The position numbers and the translations under genes are program-made. From Rhodobacterales bacterium (lineage in GTDB: Bacteria > Pseudomonadota > Alphaproteobacteria > Rhodobacterales > Rhodobacteraceae): a DNA stretch of 62,564 nucleotides. The number at the start of each line of letters is the position of its first letter. Within the stretch, counting starts at the first letter, position 1. The stretch covers positions 1 to 62,564 of the forward strand of contig JANPBI010000139.1 in NCBI GenBank assembly GCA_031430315.1, written 5' to 3'. This document shows, piece by piece, positions 17,745-27,720 of this stretch. The notes below the pieces were generated by a model, which saw only the letters and a list, made by a program, of their open reading frames with translations, was not told the origin of the DNA and made no database searches.

Positions 17745-18733
17745 GGCAAAGGCCGAAGGGTCCCGCGCTCCACGATGTGGCAGTCGAAAATCCGCGCCTC
17801 CGGCACCCGCCGGGGGTCGGCCAGCGCGGCCATCATCAGGTCAACCGAGGCATCGATGATCGCCCCGAATGGCTGGTGGATCGTGGTCAGGTCGACATTC
17901 CTCCAGCCTGCCATTTCCATATCATTCAACCCGATCAGACCCAAATCCTCCGGCACGCGAATCCCGGCGGCGCGGGCCGCGCTCAGCGCACCGATGGACA
18001 AGACATCGTCACCACAGAAATACGCCTCGGCCAGGTTCCCGGCCAACAATCGACCCATCTCTGCAAAACCCGCCTCAAAACTGTAGGCCCCGGCAAACGA
18101 ATGCGACACCGAGATGGTTGCCGTCGCACCCGACAGAAAGCCCGCCAGCCGGTCCTGCGTGGTGGAAGCGCCCTCTGGCCCTCCCAGAAACCCGATCCGC
18201 CGATAGCCTCGCGCGATCAGGGTTCGTGCCGCCAGTCGCCCGGCCATCACGTTGTCGATTCCGACGACATTCACCTCGTGCCGCAGCCCCGCCCGCCCAA
18301 AGGCATGCACTACAGGCAGCCCCGTTTCGGCGAACCTATCGGCAAACCCCGGCGGCAGCTCCGACGAGGCCAGCACGACCCCGTCGACCGAATAAGACCG
18401 CAACAGCTGCACCGACCGCGCCGGGTCAATCTCGTCCGTCAGGTTCACAAGCAATGGCCGTAAGCCGCGATCCTGCAGCCCACGAGTGAACAGGTCGAAA
18501 ATCTGCAGAAACGCCGGGTTGTGAAAATTGTTCGACACCAGCCCGATCAGCTGCGTCTGCCCGGTCGTCAGGCTGCGGGCCAGGATGTTTGGGCTATATC
18601 CAAGCTCTTGTGCCGCGATCTCTACCCGCGCCCGCATCCGGGCAGAGACCGACGCCCCTTCGGTAAAGGTCCGCGACACCGCCGCCCGTGATACGCCTGC
18701 CCGTTCCGCCACATCCTTGAGGGTAATCGCCAT
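17741..18733 (-). CDS. LacI family transcriptional regulator
   Basis: N-terminal HTH ITLKDVAERAGVSRAAVSRTF, then a periplasmic-binding-protein-like sugar-binding fold. Start taken at the ATG at 18733. Its stop overlaps the convergent oxidoreductase stop within TTAG. Confidence 0.85.
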   Translation of the reverse strand: MAITLKDVAERAGVSRAAVSRTFTEGASVSARMRARVEIAAQELGYSPNILARSLTTGQTQLIGLVSNNFHNPAFLQIFDLFTRGLQDRGLRPLLVNLTDEIDPARSVQLLRSYSVDGVVLASSELPPGFADRFAETGLPVVHAFGRAGLRHEVNVVGIDNVMAGRLAARTLIARGYRRIGFLGGPEGASTTQDRLAGFLSGATATISVSHSFAGAYSFEAGFAEMGRLLAGNLAEAYFCGDDVLSIGALSAARAAGIRVPEDLGLIGLNDMEMAGWRNVDLTTIHQPFGAIIDASVDLMMAALADPRRVPEARIFDCHIVERGTLRPLP

Positions 18734-19092
18734 AAGTCGCTTTCTGGGTAACGGGTTCTGCAAAGGGCGGGGCAATGGTTACAAAAGGCCCATCACGATG
18801 TCATCGCCCAATCTGCCGCTGCCCGATACCGCAATTTCTGATCTGGGCAGGCACTGTCATTGCTGCGTAGTCCGATTCGGGACAAATCGGCGGTGGCACA
18901 GCCAAAAAGCGCCTTGAAATCCGCCACACTTCCCTTTGAAGTTGACGGTCTTGCCTTTGCTACCCCTCAGGGACTATGTCGCGCCACGTCGGATCGGAAA
19001 GTCCATGACAGGGCACTTATTTTGCCACATAAAGCCCCCATTTCCTGACTATCCGATAGTGCGTCATCTTCTGCAGTAACAAGGGCCTAGTT

Positions 19093-20226
19093 GTGATTCC
19101 ATTTAATGCTCCTCCCGTAACAGGTGCCGAATCGGCGCGGATCAACGAGGCGCTTCTGTCCGGCAAGCTTTCCGGCGATGCGCATTTTGGCCGCAAATGT
19201 GAGGCTTGGTTTGCAAAGTCGCTGGGCGCGCCAAAAACGCTTTTGACCCCGTCCGGCACACATTCTCTGGAAATGGCGGCACTGCTGTTGGACATCGTGC
19301 CGGGTGACGAAGTCATCATGCCCAGCTACACCTTTGTGTCCACCGCCAACGCCTTTGCTTTGCGCGGGGCGACCATCGTGTTCGTCGACATCCGTCCCGA
19401 CACCATGAACATCGACGAAACCAGAATCGAGGCCGCCATCACCCCCCGCACCCGCGCCGTGGTCGTGGTGCATTACGCCGGCGTGGGTTGTGAAATGGGC
19501 GTGATCGGCGAAATAGCGGCCCGTCATGGCATCGCCGTGATCGAGGATGCGGCCCAAGCGATCCATGCCACGTTTCAGGACAAACCCCTGGGCACGTTTG
19601 GCGCGGTGTCTGCCTTCAGCTTTCACGAGACCAAGAATATCACCAGCGGCGGCGAAGGCGGCTTGACCGTCATCAACGATCCCGACTTGGTCGAACGGGC
19701 CGAGATCATTCGAGAAAAGGGCACCAACCGCAGCCGGTTCTTTCGCGGACAGGTCGACAAGTATTCATGGGTCGATATCGGCAGCAGCTATCTTCTGAAC
19801 GAAATCAGCGCCGCCTATCTCTGGGCGCAGATCGAAGCGCTGGATGCGATCCAGGCCCGCCGCATGGCCATCTGGGAAACTTACCTTACGGCCTTTTCGC
19901 CGCTTGGGGACTCTGGGCGCATCGACCTTGCCCGCATGCCGCAGCATGTCCAGCACAACGCGCATATGTTCTATGTGAAATGCCGCGACCTCGCCGATCA
20001 GGGGGCGTTTATAGCCCATCTCAAGTCGCAAGGGATCATGGCCACATTCCACTATGTGCCTCTGCACTCTTCCGAGGCGGGCCAGAGGCTGGGTCGACTA
20101 CATGGCGAGGATGTCCACACTACACGCGAAAGTGCGCGTCTTGTCCGGCTTCCCCTCTTCTACAACATGACCGATGCGCAGATAAACCAGGTGATAGATG
20201 CGACACAGGTTTATTTTGCAGGTTGA
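19093..20226 (+). CDS. wecE: dTDP-4-amino-4,6-dideoxy-sugar transaminase (WecE/DegT family)
   Basis: 377 aa with a GTG start. Long collinear matches to E. coli WecE as I remember it: MIPFNAPPV, LEMAALLLDI, PGDEVIMPSYTFVSTANAF, RPDTMNIDE, FSFHETKN (PLP lysine), IIREKGTNRS, FFRGQVDKY, NAHMFY and RLPLFYN. Confidence 0.9.
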   Translation: MIPFNAPPVTGAESARINEALLSGKLSGDAHFGRKCEAWFAKSLGAPKTLLTPSGTHSLEMAALLLDIVPGDEVIMPSYTFVSTANAFALRGATIVFVDIRPDTMNIDETRIEAAITPRTRAVVVVHYAGVGCEMGVIGEIAARHGIAVIEDAAQAIHATFQDKPLGTFGAVSAFSFHETKNITSGGEGGLTVINDPDLVERAEIIREKGTNRSRFFRGQVDKYSWVDIGSSYLLNEISAAYLWAQIEALDAIQARRMAIWETYLTAFSPLGDSGRIDLARMPQHVQHNAHMFYVKCRDLADQGAFIAHLKSQGIMATFHYVPLHSSEAGQRLGRLHGEDVHTTRESARLVRLPLFYNMTDAQINQVIDATQVYFAG

Positions 20227-20232
20227 TACACG

Positions 20233-21132
20233 ATGGTTGCCCCGCGTTATGTTATCTACACGCCGTCCTACAAGCCAACCTCCGGTGGGGCCATCGTGCA
20301 GCACAGGCTATGCCATACGCTGAATGTGTTGGGAGAAAATGCCGTCGTCAGTCACATGCCGGCGCTGAAATGGGGTGGTTTGCGTCGGCGTCTGAAGCAA
20401 AGCCTGAAGCCGGAACCTTTTGTCACTTCCCCCGAACTTGACACGCCGGTCATGCCTGAACGCAAGGCCCAGCCGGACGATATTGTGCTTTATCCCGAAA
20501 TTGCGAGAAACAATCCCCTGGGCGGCCGCAACGTCGTGCATTGGCTTTTGAATCGCCCCAGCTTTCATGACCGCACCGTCCATGCGGGGCCACGCGACCT
20601 GTTTTTCAAGTATGACGACCGCTGTGACGAGCCGGAACTGACCAAGGGCAAGGCACAGACCCTGTTCCTGTTCACACGCAACCAAGCCTATTCCCAGACC
20701 AATCACGGCGCTCGCAGCGGGACGTGCTATATGGTCCGCAAGGCCAGGGGCCAGCCCATGGTCCATGACATGCAGGACTCCCTGCCTGTCGACGACATGC
20801 CGCATGATGAACTGAACCGCGTCTTCAATCAGCGCAAGACATTCTACTGCTATGACGAGATGTCCAGTTATTCGCAATTTGCGGCTTTGTGTGGTTGCAT
20901 CAGCCTGGTGATCCCTTGGCATTTCAAGGACCAGGCCGATTTTGTCGCGAACTATCCCTTGTCGCGCTATGGCGTCGCCTATGGCGAGGAAAACATTCCC
21001 CACGCCAAGGCCACGATGCATTTGGTCGAGGGTCATCTGAAGGAATGCGAGGAAAGCGGCATCCAGTCCGTCAGCGATTTCATCGCCGCAACGCGCCGGC
21101 ACTTCGGCTTTCCACCCGCGAGCCAGACCTAG
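20233..21132 (+). CDS. Hypothetical protein, possibly a compact glycosyltransferase
   Basis: 299 aa, starting 6 nt after wecE. N-terminal YTPSYKPTSGGAIV and C-terminal FYCYDEMSSYSQFAALCGCISLVIP loosely resemble GT-B donor and acceptor half motifs. No firm family assignment is possible by eye. Confidence 0.45.
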   Translation: MVAPRYVIYTPSYKPTSGGAIVQHRLCHTLNVLGENAVVSHMPALKWGGLRRRLKQSLKPEPFVTSPELDTPVMPERKAQPDDIVLYPEIARNNPLGGRNVVHWLLNRPSFHDRTVHAGPRDLFFKYDDRCDEPELTKGKAQTLFLFTRNQAYSQTNHGARSGTCYMVRKARGQPMVHDMQDSLPVDDMPHDELNRVFNQRKTFYCYDEMSSYSQFAALCGCISLVIPWHFKDQADFVANYPLSRYGVAYGEENIPHAKATMHLVEGHLKECEESGIQSVSDFIAATRRHFGFPPASQT

Positions 21133-21141
21133 GGCAGGTGA

Positions 21142-23772
21142 TCACGGTTTGATCAACGCCCGAAGGTCATAGATCAACCGCAGCGCCTCGATCGGCGTCA
21201 AGGCATCCGGCAGTACATCCTTCAAGCGCGCCTCCACCTCCGACGCCTTGGCCGGCGCGCTCACCGGGGTCGCGCGGAACAGCGGAAGATCGTCGATCAG
21301 CGTCTTTTGCCGACCCGGCCCCTCGCGCTCGCCCTTTTCCAGCGCCTCAAGCACAACTTTCGCGCGCTCCACCACCACTGCCGGCAGGCCAGCCAGCCGC
21401 GCGACCTGCACGCCATACGACCGGTCCGCCGCCCCACGCTTTACTTCGTGCAGGAAGATCACGTCGCCGTCCCATTCCTTGACGGTGACCGTTGCGTTTT
21501 CCACCCCGGCCAGTTTCCCCGCCAGCGCCGTCATCTCGTGGTAATGCGTGGCAAAAAGCGCCCGACACCGGTTCACGTCATGCAGATGCTCCAGCGTGGC
21601 CCAGGCAATGGAGAGGCCGTCATAGGTCGCCGTCCCCCGCCCGATCTCGTCCAGGATCACCAGCGCCCGGTCATCCGCCTGGTTCAGGATCGCCGCCGTC
21701 TCGACCATCTCCACCATGAAGGTCGACCGGCCCCGCGCCAGGTCATCGGCCGCGCCGACCCGGCTGAAAATCTGGCTGACCATGCCGATATGCGCCGAGG
21801 TCGCCGGGACAAAGGACCCGACTTGTGCCAAAAGCGCGATCAGCGCGTTCTGCCGCAGAAAGGTCGACTTTCCCGCCATGTTCGGTCCGGTCAGCAGCCA
21901 TATCGCAGGCGTTGCGCCATCGGTCAGCGCGCAGTCATTGGCGACAAACGGCCCCGCCCCCTGCCGCTGCAAAGCTCGCTCCACCACCGGATGTCGCCCA
22001 CCCGCAACCACAAAGGCCCGGCTGTCATCGACCAGCGGAGCCGTCCAGTCCTCCGCGGCTGCCAGGTCCGCAAACGCCGCAGCCAGGTCGATCTCGGCTA
22101 GCGCCCGCGCCGCCGCCGCAATCGGCCCCGCCTGATCGAGGACAGCCCCCTTCAGGCTGTCATAGTGCCGCTTTTCCAAGGCAACCGCGTGGTTTCCCGC
22201 ATTCAGGATCTTCGTCTCCAGCGTCGATAGCTCGACCGTCGTGAACCGCACCTGCCCGGCCGTCGTTTGCCGGTGGATGAAGGTCGCGTTCAGGGGCGCC
22301 GACAGCATCCGTTCGGCATGCGTCGCCGTCGTCTCGATGAAATAGCCCAGCACGTTGTTGTGCTTGATCTTCAGGCTGGCGATGCCCGTCACCTCCACGA
22401 ACTCCGCCTGCATCCGCCCGATGACGCCCCGCCCTTCGTCCCTGAGCGCCCGCGTCTCATCCAGTTCGGCATCGAACGCAGGCGCCACAAAGCCGCCGTC
22501 CCGGACCAGCAATGGCGGCTCCGCCACCAGCGCCCGATCCAGCAATCCGATCAGCGCGTTGTGCCCCACCAGATCGCACGCTGCTTCGCCCATGAGCCCC
22601 TCTGCCCCCGCGAGCAGCCGCGCAATCCCCTCTGCCTGCGCCAGGCCCGCCCGGATCGCTGCAAGGTCCCGCGGCCCGCCCCGGTCGAGTGCCAGCCGCG
22701 ATTGTGCTCGGTCCATATCCGGCACCCGCCGCAATGCCGCCCGCAGATCGCCCCGCAGCCCGGGCGCATCGACCATCGCCTGTACCGCTGCCTGCCGCGC
22801 GTGAATGACCCCAAGGTCACGCGACGGTGCCGCCAACCGCCGGTCCAAGAGCCGCGCCCCCGCCGCCGTCACGGTCCGGTCGACAGCCGCCAGCAACGAC
22901 CCCTCGCGCCCGCCCGACAAGGCGCTGGAAATCTCCAGGTTCCGCCGGGTCGCGGCGTCGATCTGCACCAGTCCGCCCGCCTCTTCGCGCACCGGCGGGC
23001 GCATCAACGGCAAACGTCCCTTTTGCGTCAGGTCCAGATAGTCGATCAGCCCGCCCATCGCGGCAATCTCGGCCCGGTCGAACGCGCCATAAGCATCCAG
23101 ACTGGCGATCTGGAACAGCGCGCATAGCCGCCGCTCCGCCCCCGTACTGTCGAAACTGGATCGAGCCATTGGCGTTAGCGCCGCCCCCAGATCCGTCACT
23201 ATTCCTGCCAGATCAGCCTCAAACCCCTCGGCGACCAGCACCTCGCGTGGGGCCAGCCGCGCCAGTTCCGGCCCCAGCCGTTCCAGGGGACAGGCCATCA
23301 CCCGCAACTCTCCGGTGGAGATATCCGCCCACGCTAGAGCCGCCTGGTCGCGCACCTGCGCATAGGCCGCGAGGTAATTGTGCCGCCGCGCCTCCAGCAG
23401 GGCATCCTCGGTCAACGTCCCGGGCGTCACCAGCCGCACCACCGCCCGCTTGACCACTGATTTCGACCCGCGCTTTTTCGCCTCGGCGGGGTCTTCCATC
23501 TGCTCGGCAATCGCCACGCGAAACCCCTTGCGGATCAGCGTCAGCAAATACCCCTCAGCCGCATGCACCGGCACCCCGCACATCGGGATATCCGCACCCT
23601 GATGAAACCCCCGCTTGGTCAGCGCGATATCCAAAGCCTCGGCCGCGGCCTTGGCATCGTCGAAAAACATCTCGTAGAAATCGCCCATCCGATAGAACAA
23701 CAGCGCGCCCGGATTTTGCGCCTTGATCTCCAAATACTGCGCCATCATCGGCGTCGTGGCGTCGTCCGTCAT
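21142..23772 (-). CDS. mutS: DNA mismatch repair protein MutS
   Basis: 876 aa from the ATG at 23772 ([17 protein letters not shown]). Walker [10 protein letters not shown] and the typical C-terminal dimerisation region are present. The ORF-track start at 23835 adds 21 unlikely residues. Confidence 0.95.
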   Translation of the reverse strand: MTDDATTPMMAQYLEIKAQNPGALLFYRMGDFYEMFFDDAKAAAEALDIALTKRGFHQGADIPMCGVPVHAAEGYLLTLIRKGFRVAIAEQMEDPAEAKKRGSKSVVKRAVVRLVTPGTLTEDALLEARRHNYLAAYAQVRDQAALAWADISTGELRVMACPLERLGPELARLAPREVLVAEGFEADLAGIVTDLGAALTPMARSSFDSTGAERRLCALFQIASLDAYGAFDRAEIAAMGGLIDYLDLTQKGRLPLMRPPVREEAGGLVQIDAATRRNLEISSALSGGREGSLLAAVDRTVTAAGARLLDRRLAAPSRDLGVIHARQAAVQAMVDAPGLRGDLRAALRRVPDMDRAQSRLALDRGGPRDLAAIRAGLAQAEGIARLLAGAEGLMGEAACDLVGHNALIGLLDRALVAEPPLLVRDGGFVAPAFDAELDETRALRDEGRGVIGRMQAEFVEVTGIASLKIKHNNVLGYFIETTATHAERMLSAPLNATFIHRQTTAGQVRFTTVELSTLETKILNAGNHAVALEKRHYDSLKGAVLDQAGPIAAAARALAEIDLAAAFADLAAAEDWTAPLVDDSRAFVVAGGRHPVVERALQRQGAGPFVANDCALTDGATPAIWLLTGPNMAGKSTFLRQNALIALLAQVGSFVPATSAHIGMVSQIFSRVGAADDLARGRSTFMVEMVETAAILNQADDRALVILDEIGRGTATYDGLSIAWATLEHLHDVNRCRALFATHYHEMTALAGKLAGVENATVTVKEWDGDVIFLHEVKRGAADRSYGVQVARLAGLPAVVVERAKVVLEALEKGEREGPGRQKTLIDDLPLFRATPVSAPAKASEVEARLKDVLPDALTPIEALRLIYDLRALIKP

Positions 23773-23836
23773 GCATCCCCCCCCCCGTCCGGTGCGAACC
23801 CTACAGGCGGGGCATACCCTCGGCAATGCGGGCAAA

Positions 23837-23863
23837 TGAAAAGGCCCGCAGCTTGTGCGGGCC
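23837..23863 (-). terminator. Rho-independent terminator after msrA
   Basis: On the minus strand: GGCCCGCA-CAAGC-TGCGGGCC (perfect 8-bp stem) followed by TTTTCATTT, about 25 nt after the msrA stop. Confidence 0.65.
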
Positions 23864-23887
23864 TCATCAAACCTGTCAGCTTCGGGT

Positions 23888-24520
23888 CTAGTGCGTCAGC
23901 GCTTGATCGCCCCAGACCGCCTTGACGCGCGCATCACGCCCGCAGGACTTGCGATAGAACTTGTAGGCGTTGGATTGCTTTTTCGGCCCCGCCCGGGTCA
24001 GCACAATGTTCGTGCCCTTGTAGTAATCCTGGTGATAGTCCTCGGCCATCCAGAACGTCTTTGCCGCCTTGACCGGCGTCACGATCTTTTGCCCCAGCAC
24101 CGCCTCGGCATCCGCTACCGCTTGTTGCGCCGCAGCCTTTTGTGCCGCGTTAGACACGAAAATCGCCGTCCGGTAGGCATTCCCCCGGTCGCAGAACTGC
24201 CCGCCCGCATCCAGCACGTCGACCGACCGCAGGAACTTGGCCATCAGGTCGCCGTATGAAATGACGGAGTTGTCGAAGGTGATCTCGACCGCCTCATAGT
24301 GCCCTTCGTGATCATCATAGGTCGGGTTCTGGCTGTTGCCGCCTGTATAGCCAGACACGACGTTTTTCACGCCAGGCACTTTCTCGAAGTCCGACTCGAC
24401 GCACCAGAAACATCCCCCCGCGACGATCGCCTTTTCGGTCGCGGCATGGCCAGGCATGGCCAACATCAGGCTTAGGACAATCGTGACAGCTATCGCGGTC
24501 AGCGTGGCAAGGCGTTCCAT
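23888..24520 (-). CDS. msrA: Peptide-methionine (S)-S-oxide reductase MsrA with N-terminal signal peptide
   Basis: GCFWC active site ([15 protein letters not shown]) preceded by [27 protein letters not shown] at 24520 follows a GGGAGAAG RBS. Confidence 0.9.
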   Translation of the reverse strand: MERLATLTAIAVTIVLSLMLAMPGHAATEKAIVAGGCFWCVESDFEKVPGVKNVVSGYTGGNSQNPTYDDHEGHYEAVEITFDNSVISYGDLMAKFLRSVDVLDAGGQFCDRGNAYRTAIFVSNAAQKAAAQQAVADAEAVLGQKIVTPVKAAKTFWMAEDYHQDYYKGTNIVLTRAGPKKQSNAYKFYRKSCGRDARVKAVWGDQALTH

Positions 24521-24662
24521 GTAACTTCTCCCATTTCTGGACTTCACCTTGTCCACCGCAGGCTTTCGCGCAATTCACCCCCGCGTGAGGTCACGCAAGG
24601 GTGATGCGCCCTCTTGGCCTCGGCTGCGCGCCGCAATAGCGTGGCGCAAAGAGGAGCCCGCC

Positions 24663-25562
24663 ATGACCGACAACGTCTCGACCCATCAGGCCGAAGAGGA
24701 TGCCCGCAACGAGGCGATCCAGATTTGGGTCAACGGCAAGATCGTCCCCAAGGCGCAAGCTATGGTGTCGGTCTATGATTCTGGTTTCATGCTGGGCGAC
24801 GGTGTCTGGGAGGGCATCCGCCTCTACAACGGCACCTGGGCTTTTCTCGATGAACACATCGACCGGCTTTTCGAGGCGGCGAAGGCCATCGACCTTGATA
24901 TGGCGCGCAGCAGGGATGAGGTGAAAAAGGCCGTGTTAGACACACAAATGGCCAATGACATGGTGACCGACGCGCATGCCAGGCTGATGGTCACGCGCGG
25001 CGTCAAGACCCGGCCATTCCAGCACCCAAGGCTCAGCCAGCAGGGCCCGACCATGGTGATCATCATGGAACACAGCCGCCAGAAACTGCCCCGCCCGATC
25101 AAGCTGGCGACCGTCCCCCACCTGCGCGGATTGCCGATGACCCAGGACCCGAAACTGAACAGCCACTCCAAGCTCAACTGCATTCTCGCCTGCATTGCGG
25201 CTGAAAAGGCTGGGGCGGATGAGGCACTGATGCTCGACATCCATGGCTTTGTGAATACCACCAACGCCTGTAACCTTTTCATTGTGCGCAAGGGGCAGGT
25301 TTGGACCTCGACTGGGGATTACTGCATGAACGGCATCACCCGCCAAAAGGTCATCGACCTCTGCCGCGCCAACGACATCCCGGTGTTTGAGCGGAACTAT
25401 TCGCTGGTCGACACCTATTCGGCGGATGAAGTGTTCCTGACAGGCACCTTTGGCGCGCAGACGCCGGTCGGTACGATCGACGGTCGCACCATCGGAAATG
25501 GCCAGATCGGCCCTGTGACGGAACACTTGCGCGCGTTATACAAAACCTTGGTGGGTGCTTGA
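24663..25562 (+). CDS. Class IV (branched-chain/D-amino-acid) aminotransferase family protein
   Basis: 299 aa from the ATG at 24663. Fold-type IV pattern: VSVYDSGFMLGDGVWEGIRLYNG, HSKLN (candidate PLP lysine) and EVFLTGT. Confidence 0.85.
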   Translation: MTDNVSTHQAEEDARNEAIQIWVNGKIVPKAQAMVSVYDSGFMLGDGVWEGIRLYNGTWAFLDEHIDRLFEAAKAIDLDMARSRDEVKKAVLDTQMANDMVTDAHARLMVTRGVKTRPFQHPRLSQQGPTMVIIMEHSRQKLPRPIKLATVPHLRGLPMTQDPKLNSHSKLNCILACIAAEKAGADEALMLDIHGFVNTTNACNLFIVRKGQVWTSTGDYCMNGITRQKVIDLCRANDIPVFERNYSLVDTYSADEVFLTGTFGAQTPVGTIDGRTIGNGQIGPVTEHLRALYKTLVGA

Positions 25563-25588
25563 TCACCACGTCTTCAGAGGACAACCCG

Positions 25589-26785
25589 ATGCTGACCAAA
25601 GATCGATCTCAACACCTCGTCAACCAGACCTATTTTAGCGCCAATAGCTGCGACATCGAGGAATTTGCGGCTCTATGCGGGCAGAAAACCGATCTGTCGG
25701 ACTATCCGCTCGCGACGGATCTGCAAAAGGGCGTGCTGATCTATGACTGCGCCGCGCTGCGTTCCCGCATTGGCGATCCGGAGTTCGACCAGTGCTTGCG
25801 CGCCGAATGGGCTGAGGCGCTGGCCAATGGTCCCGGCGTTGTTGTGCTGTCGGGGGCCGAGACGGATCACGCCATGCTCGACCGAGCCTCCGACATCTTC
25901 CGCGAGTTGATCGAGGTTCAGAAACGAGACGGAACCGGCGGCGGCGATCACTTCGCCAAGCCCGGCGCCAATGACCGCATCTGGAACAGCCTTGAAAAGC
26001 ACTGCCTCGCAGATCCGGACAACTTTGCCCGCTACTACGCCAACCCGTTCCTTGCACTGATCAGCCAGGCCTGGCTTGGCCTCTTTTACCAGGTCACGGC
26101 GCAACTGAATGTCGTCAATCCCGGCGGGGCTGCGCAGTCGCCGCACCGCGACTATCACCTTGGTTTCCAGACGGCGGATGAGGTTGTCCGCTACCCCCGC
26201 CATGTCCACCTGATGTCGCCGCTCTTGACGCTGCAGGGGGCCATCGCCCATGTCGACGCCCCGATAGAGACCGGTCCGACTTTGTTGCTGCCGCACAGCC
26301 AGAAGTATGCGCCCGGCTACATGGCCACCGGTCGGGCCGAGTTCCGCAGCTATTTTGACGCCCATGCCGTCCAGCTGCCGCTGGCAAAGGGCGACATGCT
26401 GTTTTTCTCGGCCGCACTCTTTCACGCTGCGGGCACCAACCGGTCGGCGGAAATCAAGCGGATGGTGAACCTCTTTCAGGTCTCATCTGCTTACGGCCGG
26501 TCCATCGAAACGGTCGACCGCACCCGCATGGTCAAGGCGCTTTACCCCTCGCTTCTTGCCGCCCACACCAGTGGCAGCCTGACACCCGACCAGATCGCCA
26601 ACGCCATCGCCGCCAGTGCGGAGGGCTACCCCTTTCCGACCAACCTTGACCGCGATCCGCCGATCGGCGGGCTGGCCCCGCAATCGCAGGCGGCTCTGGT
26701 GCAAGCGGCTTTGGCGGGCGGCTGGACGCCGGATCGTCTGGGTGCTGAACTGGACATCCGCGCAGCCAAGCGACTGGCATGGTAA
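25589..26785 (+). CDS. Phytanoyl-CoA dioxygenase (PhyH) family Fe(II)/2-oxoglutarate oxygenase
   Basis: About 398 aa from the ATG at 25589 (GAGGA RBS). An alternative TTG at 25559 overlaps the upstream stop. H-x-D in SPHRDYH and a distal His/Arg in LFHAAGTNRS. Confidence 0.75.
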   Translation: MLTKDRSQHLVNQTYFSANSCDIEEFAALCGQKTDLSDYPLATDLQKGVLIYDCAALRSRIGDPEFDQCLRAEWAEALANGPGVVVLSGAETDHAMLDRASDIFRELIEVQKRDGTGGGDHFAKPGANDRIWNSLEKHCLADPDNFARYYANPFLALISQAWLGLFYQVTAQLNVVNPGGAAQSPHRDYHLGFQTADEVVRYPRHVHLMSPLLTLQGAIAHVDAPIETGPTLLLPHSQKYAPGYMATGRAEFRSYFDAHAVQLPLAKGDMLFFSAALFHAAGTNRSAEIKRMVNLFQVSSAYGRSIETVDRTRMVKALYPSLLAAHTSGSLTPDQIANAIAASAEGYPFPTNLDRDPPIGGLAPQSQAALVQAALAGGWTPDRLGAELDIRAAKRLAW

Positions 26786-26891
26786 TGCCTTTGCCCCGAG
26801 GACTCGGACGCAATGGAAGTCGCGTGATGTCGCTACCAGTGGCAAACCGTTGTCATACGATTGCCCGTCACAAGTCACACGCGAGACTCCT

Positions 26892-27608
26892 ATGAAAATC
26901 GCCATGTGGTCCGGCCCTCGGAACCTGTCGACTGCGCTGATGTATGCCTTTGCTGCCCGTGACGATTGCGCGGTTTGGGACGAACCCTTTTATGCCGCCT
27001 ATCTCGAGGAAACCGGCATGATTCACCCGATGCGGGATGAGATCATTGCTGTCCACGATCCCGATCCCGACCGCGTCGCCGCAGCGTGCCAGGGGCCGGT
27101 GCCAGGGGGAAAGGCGCATTTCTATCAAAAGCACATGACCCAGCACATGATCGACAGTTTTGATCGGCGCTGGATGCGGTCCTGCCGCAATGTCTTTCTG
27201 ATCCGCCACCCGGCCCGCGTCGTGGCAAGCTACGCTAAAAAACGCGAAGGCCCGACATTGCATGACATCGGCTTTCCCCAGCAGGAACAACTGTTTGACG
27301 AAGTTTCGGCTTGGTCCGGCGCCGCACCGTTGGTCATCGACAGCGACGATATCCGGGCCGATCCGGCGACGATGCTGCAAAAACTGTGTGCTGCGCTGGG
27401 CCTGCCCTACCGCCACCAGATGCTGCGCTGGCCGGCAGGCGGCAATGTTGCGGATGGCGTTTGGGCGGCCCATTGGTATGGCGCGGTACACAGAAGCACC
27501 GGTTTTGACGGGGCGGAGGGCCCTTTGCCCCCTTTGGGTGGTAGCTATGCCGATCTGGCAGCACTGGCCTTGCCGATCTATGAAAGACTGGCACAGTACA
27601 GGATGTGA
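26892..27608 (+). CDS. Sulfotransferase-like P-loop protein of unknown substrate
   Basis: 238 aa from the ATG at 26892. N-terminal MWSGPRNLSTALMY resembles a 5'-phosphosulfate-binding loop. FLIRHPARVVASY resembles the sulfotransferase 3'-phosphate-binding R-x-P-x-x-x-x-x-S motif. Confidence 0.55.
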   Translation: MKIAMWSGPRNLSTALMYAFAARDDCAVWDEPFYAAYLEETGMIHPMRDEIIAVHDPDPDRVAAACQGPVPGGKAHFYQKHMTQHMIDSFDRRWMRSCRNVFLIRHPARVVASYAKKREGPTLHDIGFPQQEQLFDEVSAWSGAAPLVIDSDDIRADPATMLQKLCAALGLPYRHQMLRWPAGGNVADGVWAAHWYGAVHRSTGFDGAEGPLPPLGGSYADLAALALPIYERLAQYRM

Positions 27609-27720
27609 CCGCCATACGCCCTTGCGGCGGGAGGGGAGCTGAACCAATCTGGGCAGGTCCAACCGATCGGCGTCGGACAGTCCCGCCACCCCGGTAAAGC
27701 GGCTGACTGAAAGGTCCAAG

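Noticed and set aside
21307-23127. Several 140-290-aa plus-strand ORFs inside mutS
   Set aside because: All are antisense to mutS, which has its Walker A motif and full length. They are Pro/Arg-rich artefacts of GC-rich sequence.
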